Below, in pieces: positions 1-14,036 of a DNA stretch of 64,000 nucleotides (positions are counted from its first letter, which is position 1; every line of letters begins with the position of its first letter). Source of the stretch: Adineta vaga. Lineage: Eukaryota > Animalia > Rotifera. A program made the position numbers and the translations under genes. The stretch lies in assembly GCA_021613535.1 (NCBI GenBank), contig CP075496.1:8246001-8310000 (forward strand), given 5' to 3'. The notes below the pieces were generated by a model. The model worked only from the letters and a program-made list of their open reading frames with translations, ran no database searches and was not told where the DNA came from.

Positions 1-740
1 TGAACTTCAGTTCAAAATCGTGTATAAGCATAACGAATAAGAAAACATGTGAAGACAGAAAAAAAAGTATGAACATCCTTGATGACATATGGTTCATTCT
101 CATATATTATAAGATTGATTTCAATTGCAAATCTATGCAAGAGAAAAGTTGACGTTTGACATAATCAATAGTCAAATATCTTCATTTACGTTTTATTAAT
201 GTGAAATTTCTCGTTTGAAATGATTTTGTAACTATATCAACTTAAACTTAGATAATGTATCAAAACAGAAGACAGAAAAAGCAAAAGAGCAATATAGTTA
301 GATATACTATTTATAAATACATATGTGTTCTAAGTTATATCCACATAAGATATACTGTAGATCAATTTATTTTTGAAAAAAATACACTCAAAACGTCTTA
401 TTTCTTATTTAATGAATTGCACACTAATTGTAACTAACATACTATACAATTTTTGATATTCTCTATCAGTCTTTTGTTAAACAATCGGTCTTGTTTCGAG
501 AAATGTTTTCTTGAATGTAGTTTGTTTAACATGACATCTGTTTTTTATTTCATTATTATATAAATAAGAAACAATTGGATATGTTTTTCTATCAATTTAT
601 CAAGCAAGATGATCTATCAAAACATTGATTTATTTCAATATTTCTACTCAATAGATCAGTATTGTACGTGTTGATCGCAAGATTCAATAGGCAATTCCAA
701 TGGATTTCCTAGTATTCCAGGTAAAAATTCTGTTTAGATA

Positions 741-2123
741 TTGAGATTTTATGAGTACTTTTCTTTAGCTGATCTTCTATCAAGTCTAAATAAAGCATGC
801 ACTGATGATACTTATCCGCATCATGAATTATCAGATTGTATTAATGATGCTGGTAGAAATGGTGATGTTTATCAACTTAAATTTGATTATGGATTTTGGG
901 ATCATATGATTCATAAATTAATTATTGGACTATTATCACAAGTAAAAACGATTACTAGAAGCAAATTAATGTTTTTTAATGCAGATAATAACGGCATATT
1001 AGATGATATTGACGATCCTATTCAATATACATCATATCTACATGATCTGGGACAATCAATTGATATTTTACATCACAATTTTTTATTCTCTTATGCAATA
1101 TGTTTTTTAAATTACTCTATAAAGATTTTTATTTTTTTTGAATTTTATTCAAGCAAATTCATTGTTTGTTATTACTGGTCCAGTTCTATTCTCAATTGAT
1201 TCACCAAAGCAACGTTACAATATTTCTTGTGACTGTCCAAACATGAATACGTGCATGTGGTTTTGAGGTGATCGAGCAACTAGTGTGAAAGCATATAATT
1301 CAGTTCTTTTGTTCTTCACTTTACAAGACATTAGCAATCGAACATTAACATATGTCAAATTTATTCAAAATCGTCGTCAAATTCTAGCAGCCTTATCACT
1401 TGTGAGATTATTTAGTACGAAACAAGGTATAATTTCATATTATTGAAGTGAAAAAATCTTTTTTTTTATTTCAGTTTGTAATAGTTTACCAAAAAATGTA
1501 TGGCTATCCGCTAGAAGTATGCGTCTACCACGCTATATTTTACGGCAACGTACTTAGAAAATAATAATCTGATTTTGATTGCTTGAGGAACATATAACAG
1601 ATTGAATGTTCTATCAAACGTATATATCTATGATCCAAATACTGGTTGTTATAATGTATCACAAATGAATACTTCTCGTATGAAGCATTCTGCAATTTAT
1701 TATAACAGATTTGGTATAGTTCTTATTATGGGAGGCGTTCTCAATTCTTCAGAATTAGTTTCCATTGTTGCTTCAGTATCACACGCAGTAATGAGTACAC
1801 CTCGCTATCATCATGTAATCGACATCATCTTCACCTCCAATCTTCTCATTGTTGGTAGAAAAGGAGTTGGCAATTCTTCGGAGACAATCGAAGAATATAT
1901 ACGAAATTCATTTAGTTTTCAGGTAATAGCGGAAAATTACAGGTGGTAATAATCATTGGCACGTATTTTCGACCTGTTATTTATATCATGTTGACTACAA
2001 AAATTTCACGCAAACCAGTTCAATGACAATGCCGCATATATTTCATACTGCAGTTTTCATTATGGGAGGTATCGATTTTCTAAAAGAATATTATCAACAG
2101 TCGAATATCTAAATCACTATTGA
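741..2123 (+). pseudogene. Degraded kelch-repeat (beta-propeller) gene with an unidentified N-terminal region
   Basis: Kelch-like segments VWLSARSMRLPRY, VYIYDPNTG..MNTSRMKHSA..VLIMGG, MSTPRYHH and FHTAVFIMGGID are spread over shifting frames with in-frame stops. An intron-like gt..tttcag lies at about 1428-1473. Boundaries are approximate. Confidence 0.6.
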
Positions 2124-3098
2124 TTGTATTGATTGTATTCATTAGAATCTTTTTTTTCTTCTAATATTTAAAAGGAAATAAAATGTCAACATATGAATCA
2201 ACACCTAGAATCTTCTTGATTGGTTGTGAATTAAATCAGATTATTCTTGTATATTTATTTTTGATAAACAATTGAATAAATGGAATTTTTCTAATGAAAT
2301 CTTAAACGAATAAAAAAGACAACAACAACAACAGCAGCAGCAGAAGAAGAAGAAGTCAAATCGTCTACGCTAACTTTTAACAATCATGATTAGCATTCCA
2401 AATAAGGCATCAATTGTAATGATAAGTATTCCCATTCAAAGATCATAATAACTCTAAGATAAAATTATTTAACACAAAAAAAAATCCGAGATCAATTTGA
2501 TTTAATTTTTTTGCTATCAATATATATTGTGATGACAAAAAAGTAAGTTATAGTTTGAATTTATACTGTCATCAAAAAGAAATTACAAAAGGATCATATT
2601 AATATACTTATTTTCACGGATGTATATTCATTCTACTTGAGTTCTTTCAAGCCTTTTTGTCTTCCTTCTCATTCTGACAACCGAGGATAAACATGCGTGT
2701 CAAATATATTTTCTCTTTTTTTCTCCTTCGTTCTTGGATTATAGAAGTCAAAACACATCAAATTCATATTTAGAATACTTTTTATCTAACTTCAAATAAC
2801 AACTAAGAGGAACATTTTTTTTCTCTTATTTTGCATAATCAAAAACAACTACAGGTGTAAATTATCATAATCTAAGTGAAAGTTAACGATTTTTTCATTA
2901 GTTATTTACTATACTTCTAAACGCATAGTATGCAATAGACAGACATTTTATAACTCAAAAACATCTTTTTTCTCTCACATGGATTTTACATGTCAGAACG
3001 TCATTTTACAAGTTGATAAGATTTATTATTAAAATCCATGGAGATGAAATCTGAATAGAACATTCTTCGGTTTTTCTTTCTTTTATTCAGATTTTCCA

Positions 3099-3656
3099 AT
3101 GACAAATATATCTGCTCGTCCATCTGTTCCACCAATGGATGGATGCAGTCGAACGTTAATTATCTTTGCTAGTTTTTTTACAATAGCTGCTTTAGCATTA
3201 TCTATCGTGGGTATATTAACACCTTCGTGGTATAATTTTCAAGATTCAAATGGTAACATAACATATTATAATCTTTTTACACAATGTACAAGTAATGTTA
3301 AAAATGGATCATCAAAATGTACTGAAATTTCACGAGAAAATAATTTTGGTATTGGTACATTATATGCAGCATCATTCTTAATTGTTGCTATTTGTCTACT
3401 TGGTTGTGGAATGCTTGTTGTATTAGCAATGAATATTACACGTTTAGCTGGTATATTTATATTTGTTGCACCAATTTTACTCTTTCTAGCAGCATTATTT
3501 ATGGTTGCATCATTTGCCGAACTGTCAAGAGTTACATTATACAATAGTTATAGTGCGATACTTGTTCAAACTAGTCATGTAGCAACTATATTCTCACTGG
3601 GTTTGATTGCTTTTGCTGCTGGTCGATTACAAAATTATTTCTATCAACGATTTTAA
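3099..3656 (+). CDS. Claudin/PMP22-like four-TM membrane protein
   Basis: 185 aa with four hydrophobic helices. The first loop carries TPSW...YNLFTQC...KC, a variant of the W-GLW-C-C signature. Confidence 0.8.
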   Translation: MTNISARPSVPPMDGCSRTLIIFASFFTIAALALSIVGILTPSWYNFQDSNGNITYYNLFTQCTSNVKNGSSKCTEISRENNFGIGTLYAASFLIVAICLLGCGMLVVLAMNITRLAGIFIFVAPILLFLAALFMVASFAELSRVTLYNSYSAILVQTSHVATIFSLGLIAFAAGRLQNYFYQRF

Positions 3657-3887
3657 ATATGATTTTTCAATATTTCGCTTTTGTTTTGTATGTTGTTCTT
3701 TCGATTGAATGTAAAATGGAAAAAGAAATGAAAATTCCTTTTAATACAACCGTTTGATGGCGACCTCATATGTCCATAGAGGTATTGTCATAACATGATT
3801 CATGATGAATGAAGTTGAGGTTTTATGATGCGTGTATATATATATATATATCTATATACGCATATTGAATTTACAGACATTCTAACT

Positions 3888-5087
3888 ATGCAACAAGTAC
3901 ATACTAATCGAGAAGTAATATCAGATATTGATCCCCGTAAGGGTGATAATTCATCTATGATTGTTCGTACCGATCTTTCATCATTTTTAAGTGAATATAC
4001 GAATTCACAACGACGTTGTGCGTAAAATGAGTCATTATTTTTCTAATCACATGTTGTACATATAGGTAATGATCGTCTTCAATCGCTTGAACATGAATTG
4101 GCAGTATTGAAAGGGCAAGTGAATGAAACGTTTTCATCTTCATCGGAACATGAGCTTAATCAAACATTTACATTAAAAAAACCGCCAACTTCACAACAAT
4201 CAACACGCCAAATGAAAAGTCCTTCACGTATTCCATTACCAATAACACCTCGAAGGTTATTGAACGATGATAAATCTGCTTCACCTACAAGTAATAAATC
4301 CTTATCAAATCCTTTACCAGCAATGCCACTTGCTCGTAGTAAAACTTTTCATAATGATAATGTTAATGAACTAAGTCGTAGTCGATCTCATAAAGTTCAA
4401 CGTGATCTCACAGAACAATCAGATATTCGAATACCGGCCTATTCATCTCTAGAAGATATCATTAAAGCCAATGAGGTAATTATTCAATTATTATCATAAT
4501 AATACAAATATTTGATTCTTTATCTTGATACAGGAACTATTTTTTGACAATGATCGGCTTCGAACCGATTTAAGTCGTTTAAAAGCAGAAAATATTGTTT
4601 TACTTCGATCGATGAAAGCTTCAACGACAATTGGAAGTGAATCATATCTAGGCACTGATCGAGTAAGAAACTAGGTCATAGTTTAATCATCAAAGTTATG
4701 TGCATCTTATTTTTGTTTATTCAAAGATCTTAGCAGAACGTGAACGTCATGAATTAACTATAGAATTGGCACGTCATATGGAAGAAAACAAGCGTCTTCG
4801 AAAGTCTTTATTAGCTCAATCTGCAAAATTCATTACATTACGTCAATCTATTTCTAATACTTCTTCACCAACAGCGAATGAATATCCTCGTACACCAGTA
4901 AGATAAAAAAAGCATAGATCATGTTTTCAAAATCATAATGAATCACATTTTTATATAGCGATCTGCAAGACAGCCAACGCCAAATTCTAGTCGATTATCA
5001 AAACCTAAATCCGCTCGATATAATTCCAATCATCGAGAACTTGACCGTGAAAATTCAGTTTATCATCGTGAACATAAACCTTCATAA
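3888..5087 (+). CDS. Uncharacterised coiled-coil protein with Ser/Pro-rich linker (about 5 exons)
   Basis: Exons join through short GT-AG introns: MQQVHTN.., RLQSLEHELAVLK.., NDRLRTDLSRLKAEN.., LARHMEENKRLRKSL. Stop TAA at 5085-5087. Confidence 0.7.
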
Positions 5088-5263
5088 TCTGTTTTTCACT
5101 ATACTTACTTATTCGATTCTGACGTATTCTCTGTGTTATAAACAGATAGATTATCTATCTTTTCCTATTCTATATACACGCCAAGATATTTAGTTTACTA
5201 TGACCTATCAGAGATATTCAATTATATTTTATTTTCAATAATCGAAATAAAGATAAAATACTT

Positions 5264-7365
5264 TTAAAGTTTAAGTTTATTTTGAATCCATGGTATAAAT
5301 GCTGATACTCGGGTATAAACACCAGCTGCTTTACTTGATGCACAAATAGCATCACCATAACTAACAATTCCAAAAAGATACCATTTTGAATTAATATTAC
5401 GGATCAATGGGCCACCTGAATCACCTTGACATGAGTCCGTACGAGTATCACGACTCATTGCACATATTTGACGAGCTTCATTCATTGGATTGCCTCGTTG
5501 TGCCCATACACTACATCCTGGTCCACCACGCAAATCGCCATTATGATTGAGGATTTCAATATAAGCTTCTTGTAATTGTTGAGCGATTTGTTTCGTCGCA
5601 CTATTTGTATAACCCCAACCAGCTATTTGAACGATTTGACCGACTTTAGGATCTTGCGAACCATCACCATTTGGTAAACAAATAGGATAGACGGACAAAG
5701 TAATTTGAGCTGGTTTTCGTAATTTTATGATAGCAATATCATTAATTAATTTCCTTGAATTGTACCCTTCATGTCGGAAAATTCGATCGATACTAAATTT
5801 TTGAACAGCACGTAAATCTGATTGACGTAAATTTAATAATCCAGCTACTACTTCATATACATTTAATTGTGTACTTGGTGGATCAAAGCAATGGGCAGCA
5901 GTTATCACATGAAAAGCATCGATTAATGTACCACCACACTAGATAGCAAACGTATTACAATTATTAGGTAAAATATGCGTAGATGTAATCTGTCTACTTA
6001 CAAAATGTGAACCTCGATTTTGTAGAGAAACAATCCATGGCCATACATAACTATTCACTGGTTGTCCATTGACAATACGATCACCAAAATCAATGCGAGG
6101 TTTAATTTCACAAATACCACACGTATTTGGTGTTGGTGTTGTACTAATCATAGATTGATCTAGATAAAATGCTATCGAAATAAAAAGGAAAATATTTATT
6201 TAAGTTGCCTACCAGAAATTTGGCATCTAGCACCACTGTAACGTTGTGGACATACACATGTGACGTCGTTGTAATTACCCTTATAGACACATGTACCACC
6301 ATTTAAACAGAAACGATTTGATAAACACGACTTATGTGATGGTGTAGTAACAGTTGTTGTTGTTGTTGTTTTTCTGTAAGAAGAGATTTGACAGTTTTTA
6401 CCCGAATATCCAGAAGAACAAACACAATAATAGGTAGCATCTGGACGATAAAAACATTGTCCAGCCTTGTTACATGGCATTGATATGCACGGATTAGCTA
6501 CAAAGAAAAGACGAACATTCCATTAAGAATAGACTATTTTAGTAATAAATTTACTTACCAATTGAGCAACTTGTACCTAACCATTGTCCTGAAGAATCAC
6601 ATTCACATCTATATCTATTATTACCTGTAGATAAACAGCGACCACCATTTTGACAAGTAGATGAACCACAATCTATATAATGAACAGTTATTTATCGAAA
6701 GAATCTCTCTAAACTCTTACGTGTGTTTGCATTTCGTGACGGTATAAGATAAGGAATACCGAATTCATCGGTTGTTGTATCATCTGTTTCGATACTACCA
6801 GCATCATAAATAAATTGAATATTTATGTTATGAATATTCATATGTTTAGCGTTCGATAGTGATGATGAAAACTGAAGTAAATAACATTGAGAGTTTGTAG
6901 GATAATTGAAAACGAATTTCGAATCATGAGTTTTTGTTGTATGCATCATTGATCGTGACTGATTCGGTACACTCAATGACGCCTTATCAATTGATCCAAT
7001 TTTACTAATAATAATTGATTTTAGTGAATACAATGACGGATTTACTGGACAATAGATCGATGATGATGTTGTAGAATAATTATTATACAAACGATAACCA
7101 GGTATCGAGAATAGTTGATGTTTGGTCGATGGTACAGCTTAATAGAGATATTGATCTCGTATTTTATTTGTTTTTAAATCAGTTTACCTTTATCTTTATT
7201 ATGTTTTGCTATCGTATACGACGATCTATGCAATTCTGCAGACTAAGAAACAAATAATTAGATAGATTTTATAATCGATATTCGACATATTTTAATACAT
7301 ACAGCAATATTAATAATTTTCTGACTACTTAAAATAATAAGCAAAAGTAATACACGGCTCATCAT
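5264..7365 (-). CDS. Secreted trypsin-family (S1A) serine protease with three EGF domains and an unassigned N-terminal domain
   Basis: Signal peptide MMSRVLLLLIILSS, three EGF modules, activation site DR|IVNG, catalytic triad TAAHC / DIAII / GDSGGP, and S1 Asp in DSCQGD. Confidence 0.92.
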
Positions 7366-7717
7366 ACTCTGGCATATGAAATGTACAAACAAACAAAAAA
7401 AGAATCAAACAATCTAATCGAAATAATATGTTACCATTGTCTTCTATGTTTTCGATTAAAGTCATATTGACTGTAAACATGTTTTTTGTATAAAGACTTT
7501 TTAACAAATGTTTTCAATGTATACTAAATGAAGACAAATAGGATTGATATAAAACAGATTCATGTATGCATTTCTAACTAGTTACTTCAAAATATGGTTT
7601 TTGAAAAGTTGCTAACAAATTTTTTTGATGATGATCAAAAACATATGAACATTCATACTGATCGCAATTGATCTGTTCGATCAGTAGACGTTAATTAAAA
7701 ATCTAATTGTCTTTCTC

Positions 7718-8826
7718 ATGTCATCTGTGATTCAAAAAGAAGTTGAAATCTATGTTATCTTTTGTAAATTGAATAGTGTTAATACTCTCCAAGGAAAATT
7801 TGAAGGTGAAATTGATGTTGTTTCATCATGGTTAGATACAATTCATGGTAATTATGATTCTGAACGTCATTGGAATCCTGAACTTATCTATGAAAATTCC
7901 ATGGATAAAGATATTAAAATTCGAACACGTGTTGAAGTGAAACCAAATAATGATAATGAACATCAGTTTGTACGTATCGTTCAATATCAAAAGATTATTG
8001 GAACATTTTCTGGATGGCTTGATGTACGAAAATTTCCCTTTGATATACAAAAAATTGGTACATTGAACAGAAAAGTTCTAAATTTGATCGAAATATTTTT
8101 GTTTCTCTAGGTGTTTTAATCACCAGTCTTCATCCGATATCTCGTATAAAATTTATTGGTAAACAAGAATATTGTTATTTAGCTCAGAAAGCAATTCGTG
8201 AAAATGATAGCTGGGATTTTAATCAAACTGTATCGATTGATTATAATACATATCAAGAACATACACCATATTTACGTTCTCAACAATATCCATTAATCAA
8301 ATTTAATGCATTAATTGCTCGTAAAAGTCAGTTTTATATTACAAATTTAATCTTACCATTATTTTTCGTAACATCAACAATTTTCGTTTCATTTACTCAT
8401 GATGTTGAATCCATTGGTGCACGTCTTTCTGCATGTGCAACAACACTTTTAACATCAATTAATTTTCGTTTTGTCATTCATAATTATCTTCCAAATGTTC
8501 CTTATTCAACTTATCTAGACGTATATTCAATGTGTTCAATTGTTTTTATAACTTCAGTCTTCTGTTGGCATGCATATAGTATTAAACAATTAGAGAAAAT
8601 AACCTATGCACAATTAGATACTTATATACTCTGTTTATTTGGATCGATTTATTTGATAGGACATACATTGTTTATTGCATATGCATGGATTATTCCAAAA
8701 CGACGACAAAAACGATTTTTAAAGAAAGTATCTAGGACAGTGGATCTATCGGATGAAAAACAACCTATTGAACTAGAAAATCTTCTTGGTTATGAACGTA
8801 GTTTTGATAAAATAACGGATGGATAG
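7718..8826 (+). CDS. Pentameric ligand-gated ion channel subunit, Cys-less (Pro-loop) type; 2 exons
   Basis: WNPELIYEN, Pro-loop LDVRKFPFDIQ, pre-M1 RKSQFYITNLILP, M2 GARLSACATTLLT, M2-M3 loop LPNVPYSTYLD, then M3 and M4. Intron about 8058-8110. Confidence 0.88.
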
Positions 8827-8868
8827 ATGTCTTTTGTTCAGTTGTAATTTTATTTTTTAAAATGCAAT

Positions 8869-11799
8869 CTATGGATAAAATGCTTTATTTTCTTCGGACA
8901 TTTTAATTAATAATTGTGTCGGCATAAAACGATCACCATATTTTGATTGATAGTTATACATTAAATCGACGATATTGAAAATGCCATATGTATCCATAAA
9001 ATGAAATGGACCTATAATTAAAAATACAAATATGAAAAATACAAGTTTTTGTCTTTTGTTTATATACCGCCTTTCATTGGAGGAAAACCTAGACCAAATA
9101 CAGCACCAATATCACCATCAGTCTAAAAGATAAGAAAAATAGCTATGATTTAGATACATATGTCAATAAGATATACGGGTGAATTAATAATATCTTCTTC
9201 GAGACATTTGGCAGCTTCATTTAAGATACGAAGAGTTATACGCCATTGAATCTGTTCTCTTGTTGATCTAAAAAAATTTTCTTGAATCAAATTCAGAAAT
9301 TATCAACTATTTACCTTTCATTGACGTGTATTGAAGGATTTTTAAGTATATCTTTAATCTTCGGATTAATCTCTTTTTTGTTATTTTTCAAATAGATATA
9401 GAATCCTTGTTCAGATTTTCTACCGAATAACTTATTTCTTACAAACATTCGTAATAATTCAATTACAGATGAATCAGTAAGACGTTCACCAAATATCTCA
9501 TGTAAACGATAAACAAGATTTGCAATAATATCAATACCAAATTCGTCCAATAAAGTCGCTAAACCAACATGAAAACCGATGTTTTTCGTTGCTTGATCAA
9601 TATCTTTAGCTGATAAACCTTCTTTGAGCAACAAAAATATTTCTACACTAGCAAATATCAATAATCGTGTAGTATAATATCCTGGTCCATCATTAACAAC
9701 AATAACAATCTTGCCTTGTTTAAGACCAACATTCACTGCTGAACAAATTGTATCATCAGAGGTCTGTTTAGTTCGAATAATTTCTAATAATTCAACTTTT
9801 TCCACAGGAGAAAAATAATGCATACCAACTATCTAATAGATTTATTGAAGAAACAAAGTCAGATTTATAAATCATTTGAAGAAAAGAAAAGATTTACTTT
9901 TTCAGGATGATCACTTCGTGCAACAATTTGATGAATAGGTATTGTATATGTATTGGAAGCAAAAATACAATGGTCTGAAATAGATTGTTCAACTTGATAA
10001 AGTATCTTTTGTTTTAAGTGAAGATCAGCGAATACATTTTCAATAATAAAATCACATTGATGGAAATTATCCAGCGTTGTTTGACATTTTAAATTCGACA
10101 ATATTCGAATGTAATCCTTTCTAGATAAAAACGATAATAAAACACTAAGACTATAATATTCTTTCTATTACTGTGTAATTCGATTTCGTTTGATAGAAGT
10201 CTGATAATTTGTTATTATTTGTGATTTACTAAGAGAAAGTGCATTGGATATTGAATCATATAATATCACTTGAAAACCTTTATCAATAGATACATTTGCA
10301 ATACCAGCACCTATCATATCAGCACCAACAATGGCAAGTAATCTACAAGAACAAATTGTATGTATTATTTGTATTTAGATTGTTATCTTACCGAACATCT
10401 CTTTGAGGTTTTCCATATTTATTCTTTTTACATTCGGTGCGTCCATGAAATAAATGAATCAATGCTTTTGATTCATTAGTCATACCCAAATCTGCAAAAG
10501 CCTACGGTTTTATAAATTATTCTATTCTTACAAAAACAAAAGAATGCAAAACATTTACTTTTGCTTCAGCATCGTATCCAACTGTTGAACCACGTTCCAG
10601 GGTTTGTCTAACAACCTAAAGAAAAATTTTCTAATCTCAGTTTTATTGTCATGTACAAAATTGATACAAACATCTAGAATTCTCACTGGTGCAGGATACA
10701 GACCTTGTGTTTGTGCAAGCACTTTAGTTTGCGCTTGTGATAATATATAATTCCGAATAGAAGTATTCAGCATAATCTTTGATTTTATATCTATAACGGA
10801 CAGTAGACTATGAATCATAGTATATCATGATATTCTTACTTTCCATGAAGCTAAATGCCCGTTTAGTTGGTCTTTGCACAATCAGTTGACTAAAACAAAA
10901 ACGAATGAAAACTCATTTCGAACTATATTTTGAATGAATGATCTCGAGGAATACATACTTTGCTTTTTGAACAGCAACTGAACACAAATATTCCATATCT
11001 TCTTCATCTGTTCCAATCGGTTCAACTAAAACATCAATTAAACCTAGTGCTTTCGCTCTTTTTGGTTTAATTTCTTTGCCAGTTAATAACAAATCAAGTG
11101 CATCAGATAAAAGGAGATTTCGTAAAAGTCTCTGTGTACCACCAGCACCAGGTAATAATCCTAATTTAACTTCTGGTACACCGAAATCCGTTCGTTTATC
11201 ATTCAATGCAATACGGTAATGACATGCTAATGCAACCTAATCATTAGAAAAAAGTATTATTAGAAAGAATCGAATGAATATATAAACTAACTTCAAATCC
11301 ACCACCAAGACACGAACCAGCAATAGCTGCTACAATTGGTTTTGTTGATTGTTCAATTTGATTCATAATCTCTTGTCCATTTCGTGACATTTTATAAAGT
11401 TCGTCACGAGATTTAACAGATTCAAGCATACTAAAAATACAAAAAATGAATATCTTCCATGATTAAGCATTCATTCGAACTTAATATCAGCTCCAGCAAT
11501 AAATGTACCGGGTTTAGCTGAAATAACAACAATTCCTTGAACATTATCATTCGTCTGTAAATGAGTAAATACGGGAACGAATTCATTCATCATTGCTTGT
11601 GATAATGTATTCACCTTTGTTGAATAAATCAAAAATAAGATGATTCAATAGATTCAAAATCTCACTTTAGAATTTGCTTGATTAAATTCAACAATAGCGA
11701 TAGCATCTTGATATCTTATTTTTAAATTTTTTAGATCAACTAAATAATAAGTTGAACATTTAGAAATGATAGAAAACATTAAGAGAATAACTTACTCAT
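8869..11799 (-). CDS. HADHA: Trifunctional enzyme alpha subunit-like (enoyl-CoA hydratase + 3-hydroxyacyl-CoA dehydrogenase), divergent, multi-exon
   Basis: [76 protein letters not shown]-terminus ends KAFYP*. Confidence 0.88.
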
Positions 11800-12409
11800 T
11801 GTTCGTCAATTAACAGTTATAAATACAACTGTTTTATATTAATTTCGAAGTTTAGAGATATACTCTCTTGTCTGTAATTTACCTTCACACAAAGTTGATT
11901 AACCAATCGAAATATAGATACAATGTCGTCAAAATACAACTATTTGATTACTACTTTTAGTTCCATCATCAACACGTGTGAGTGCGACAATCAGGAAAGA
12001 GTTTGTATATTCATATGTAATCAAAATAAAGCAATCGGAATTATCAATATCGATCTTACATCCAGAATGCAAAGAAATCTTTCTCTAACTTCAAAATCAT
12101 ATTTTAAATAAGACCAATTTATGGGTAGACATCCGTTCTAATTAATAAGTCTACACTTCAAAAAGGTGTATCGTGTGAAAGGAATACCATTATATAGTTA
12201 ATTATGATTTGTGAACATGAAAATTGTCCCTGAAATTCAATGAAATGCAATATTTTTCCTAATAAATACGCACACGTCATCATTCTTTATTAATTAAAAA
12301 AAGAAATCAAATAAATAATTAGAAACAAAAATAAATTTGCTGTTATGTGATTCCTGACTAGTTTCTGAAGATAAGGAAGAATATAGACCGAAAAATATAT
12401 AATTATAAA

Positions 12410-14036
12410 TTAATTTAATAGAAATTCATGTTTAGCAGACGTCAGATAATTCTTCAAACGGCTGGGATAATCTGTCATTACACCGGTCACAGACAATTCT
12501 TTGAAAGCATACTCAAATTCTTCATCATTATTCAGAATCCAGACATAAACCTAGAATTGAAATGTAGCGAAAATGGAAATAGGTTCAAAACGATTCTTAT
12601 TTGAAATATAAAAACATACGGGAATACCACGTCGTTGTAAATGTTTAAACATTTTTTTATTATTCAAAGCTCTGAATAAATGTAAATAGATTATGAAATA
12701 TTTGAATTAAAAACAAATTTACCTTTCGACAAGATAGAACATAATTCGAGTTTTGAAAGTTAAATTTACTGTAGTCTTTCTAGATACAAGAAAGAGAAAA
12801 CGAATCTGCATTTTGTTTTCTATATTAAATGAATTTTTATTTATACCGGAAAACTTCACCAGGTAGAGGAACTTCGAAGGCACCTATGTCAAATGTCAGA
12901 AGAAATGAAAATTACAATTCATTTTTATTTACCTGATGTCAATGGTATAAAAGGTAATAGTCCAAGCCAATAGCTCACCACAATAGTAGCTGCTTCTTTC
13001 ATGGAACAAAAGCGAACAATACGTGAATTCTATGAGAGTATAGTTTTACAAATTTTCTGTGAAGACGAAAGAAAGGCTATACTTCAACAATTAATTTTTT
13101 GCATATTTTATGACTAAAACTTCCCCAATAAGTTAAATGTTCTCGACCATACTCTTGAATAAGTTTCGAAATCTAAAATTGAAGAATGTAAGATGTATCT
13201 CATATTCGAATGTGATCTTAAAACATTTTTTTTTCTATTAGACATTTGTATAGATGAAAATACTTTTAAATCCAATATGAGATAATTCGTATAAAAAGAA
13301 GAATTACCTGTCGTATGAGTTCATCATTATCTTCTTTAACATCAATATTAATTGGAGTAGTTGGATAACGTTCGAAAACATCTTTTAACAATGGTATACG
13401 TAATAATTCGGAATCTTTTTGATTAACATCGCATGATATAGTCGTGCTAATGTCAAAATCATTGATCTTTTTGATAAGAATATTCAGCAATCTTACTCGT
13501 CTCATAATAAAGTTGCACGGTAGTATTGATAAAAGGTAAATCCTAAAGAAAAGAACAGATTTTGTTGTTGTTTCCTATTTAAAATAATGAATCAGAACTT
13601 ACATTATAGTTTATATCTCGAATGAATCCATCTTGACCTGCTGTTCTATTCAGAGAAAAATCATGATGAACAACAACTTGATGATCTTTTGTTAGATGGC
13701 AATCTAATTCAAGCATTTCTACTCCATTGGTTAATCCCCTAGAAATGATAATTATATAGTATCAATGAAAAAGTGTTGTATTCTCCATGTATTACTTGTC
13801 AAAAGCTAGAAGAGAATTTTCAATCGATTCGGCAGCTCCTAAGAATAGATAACGAATTGATACATATGTATTTATGTTAATTTTCTTCGTATTTTACCGC
13901 CTCGATGTGCTATATTTCGAACAATAAAAGCTGGTCGACGACGTTTGTGAATCCATATTGGTTTACGAAGAAGAATAAAAGATATTACTATGTAAACGGC
14001 GGGAACCGTTAGAAAAGCAAGGTAAACATACGACAT
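12410..14036 (-). CDS. GDPD1: Glycerophosphodiester phosphodiesterase / lysophospholipase D (GDPD1/GDPD3 family), multi-exon
   Basis: N-terminal TM followed by IAHRGG, ENSL, MLELDCHLTKDHQVVVHHD, IPLLKDVF..PINIDVK, WILN, GVMTDYP. Confidence 0.88.
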
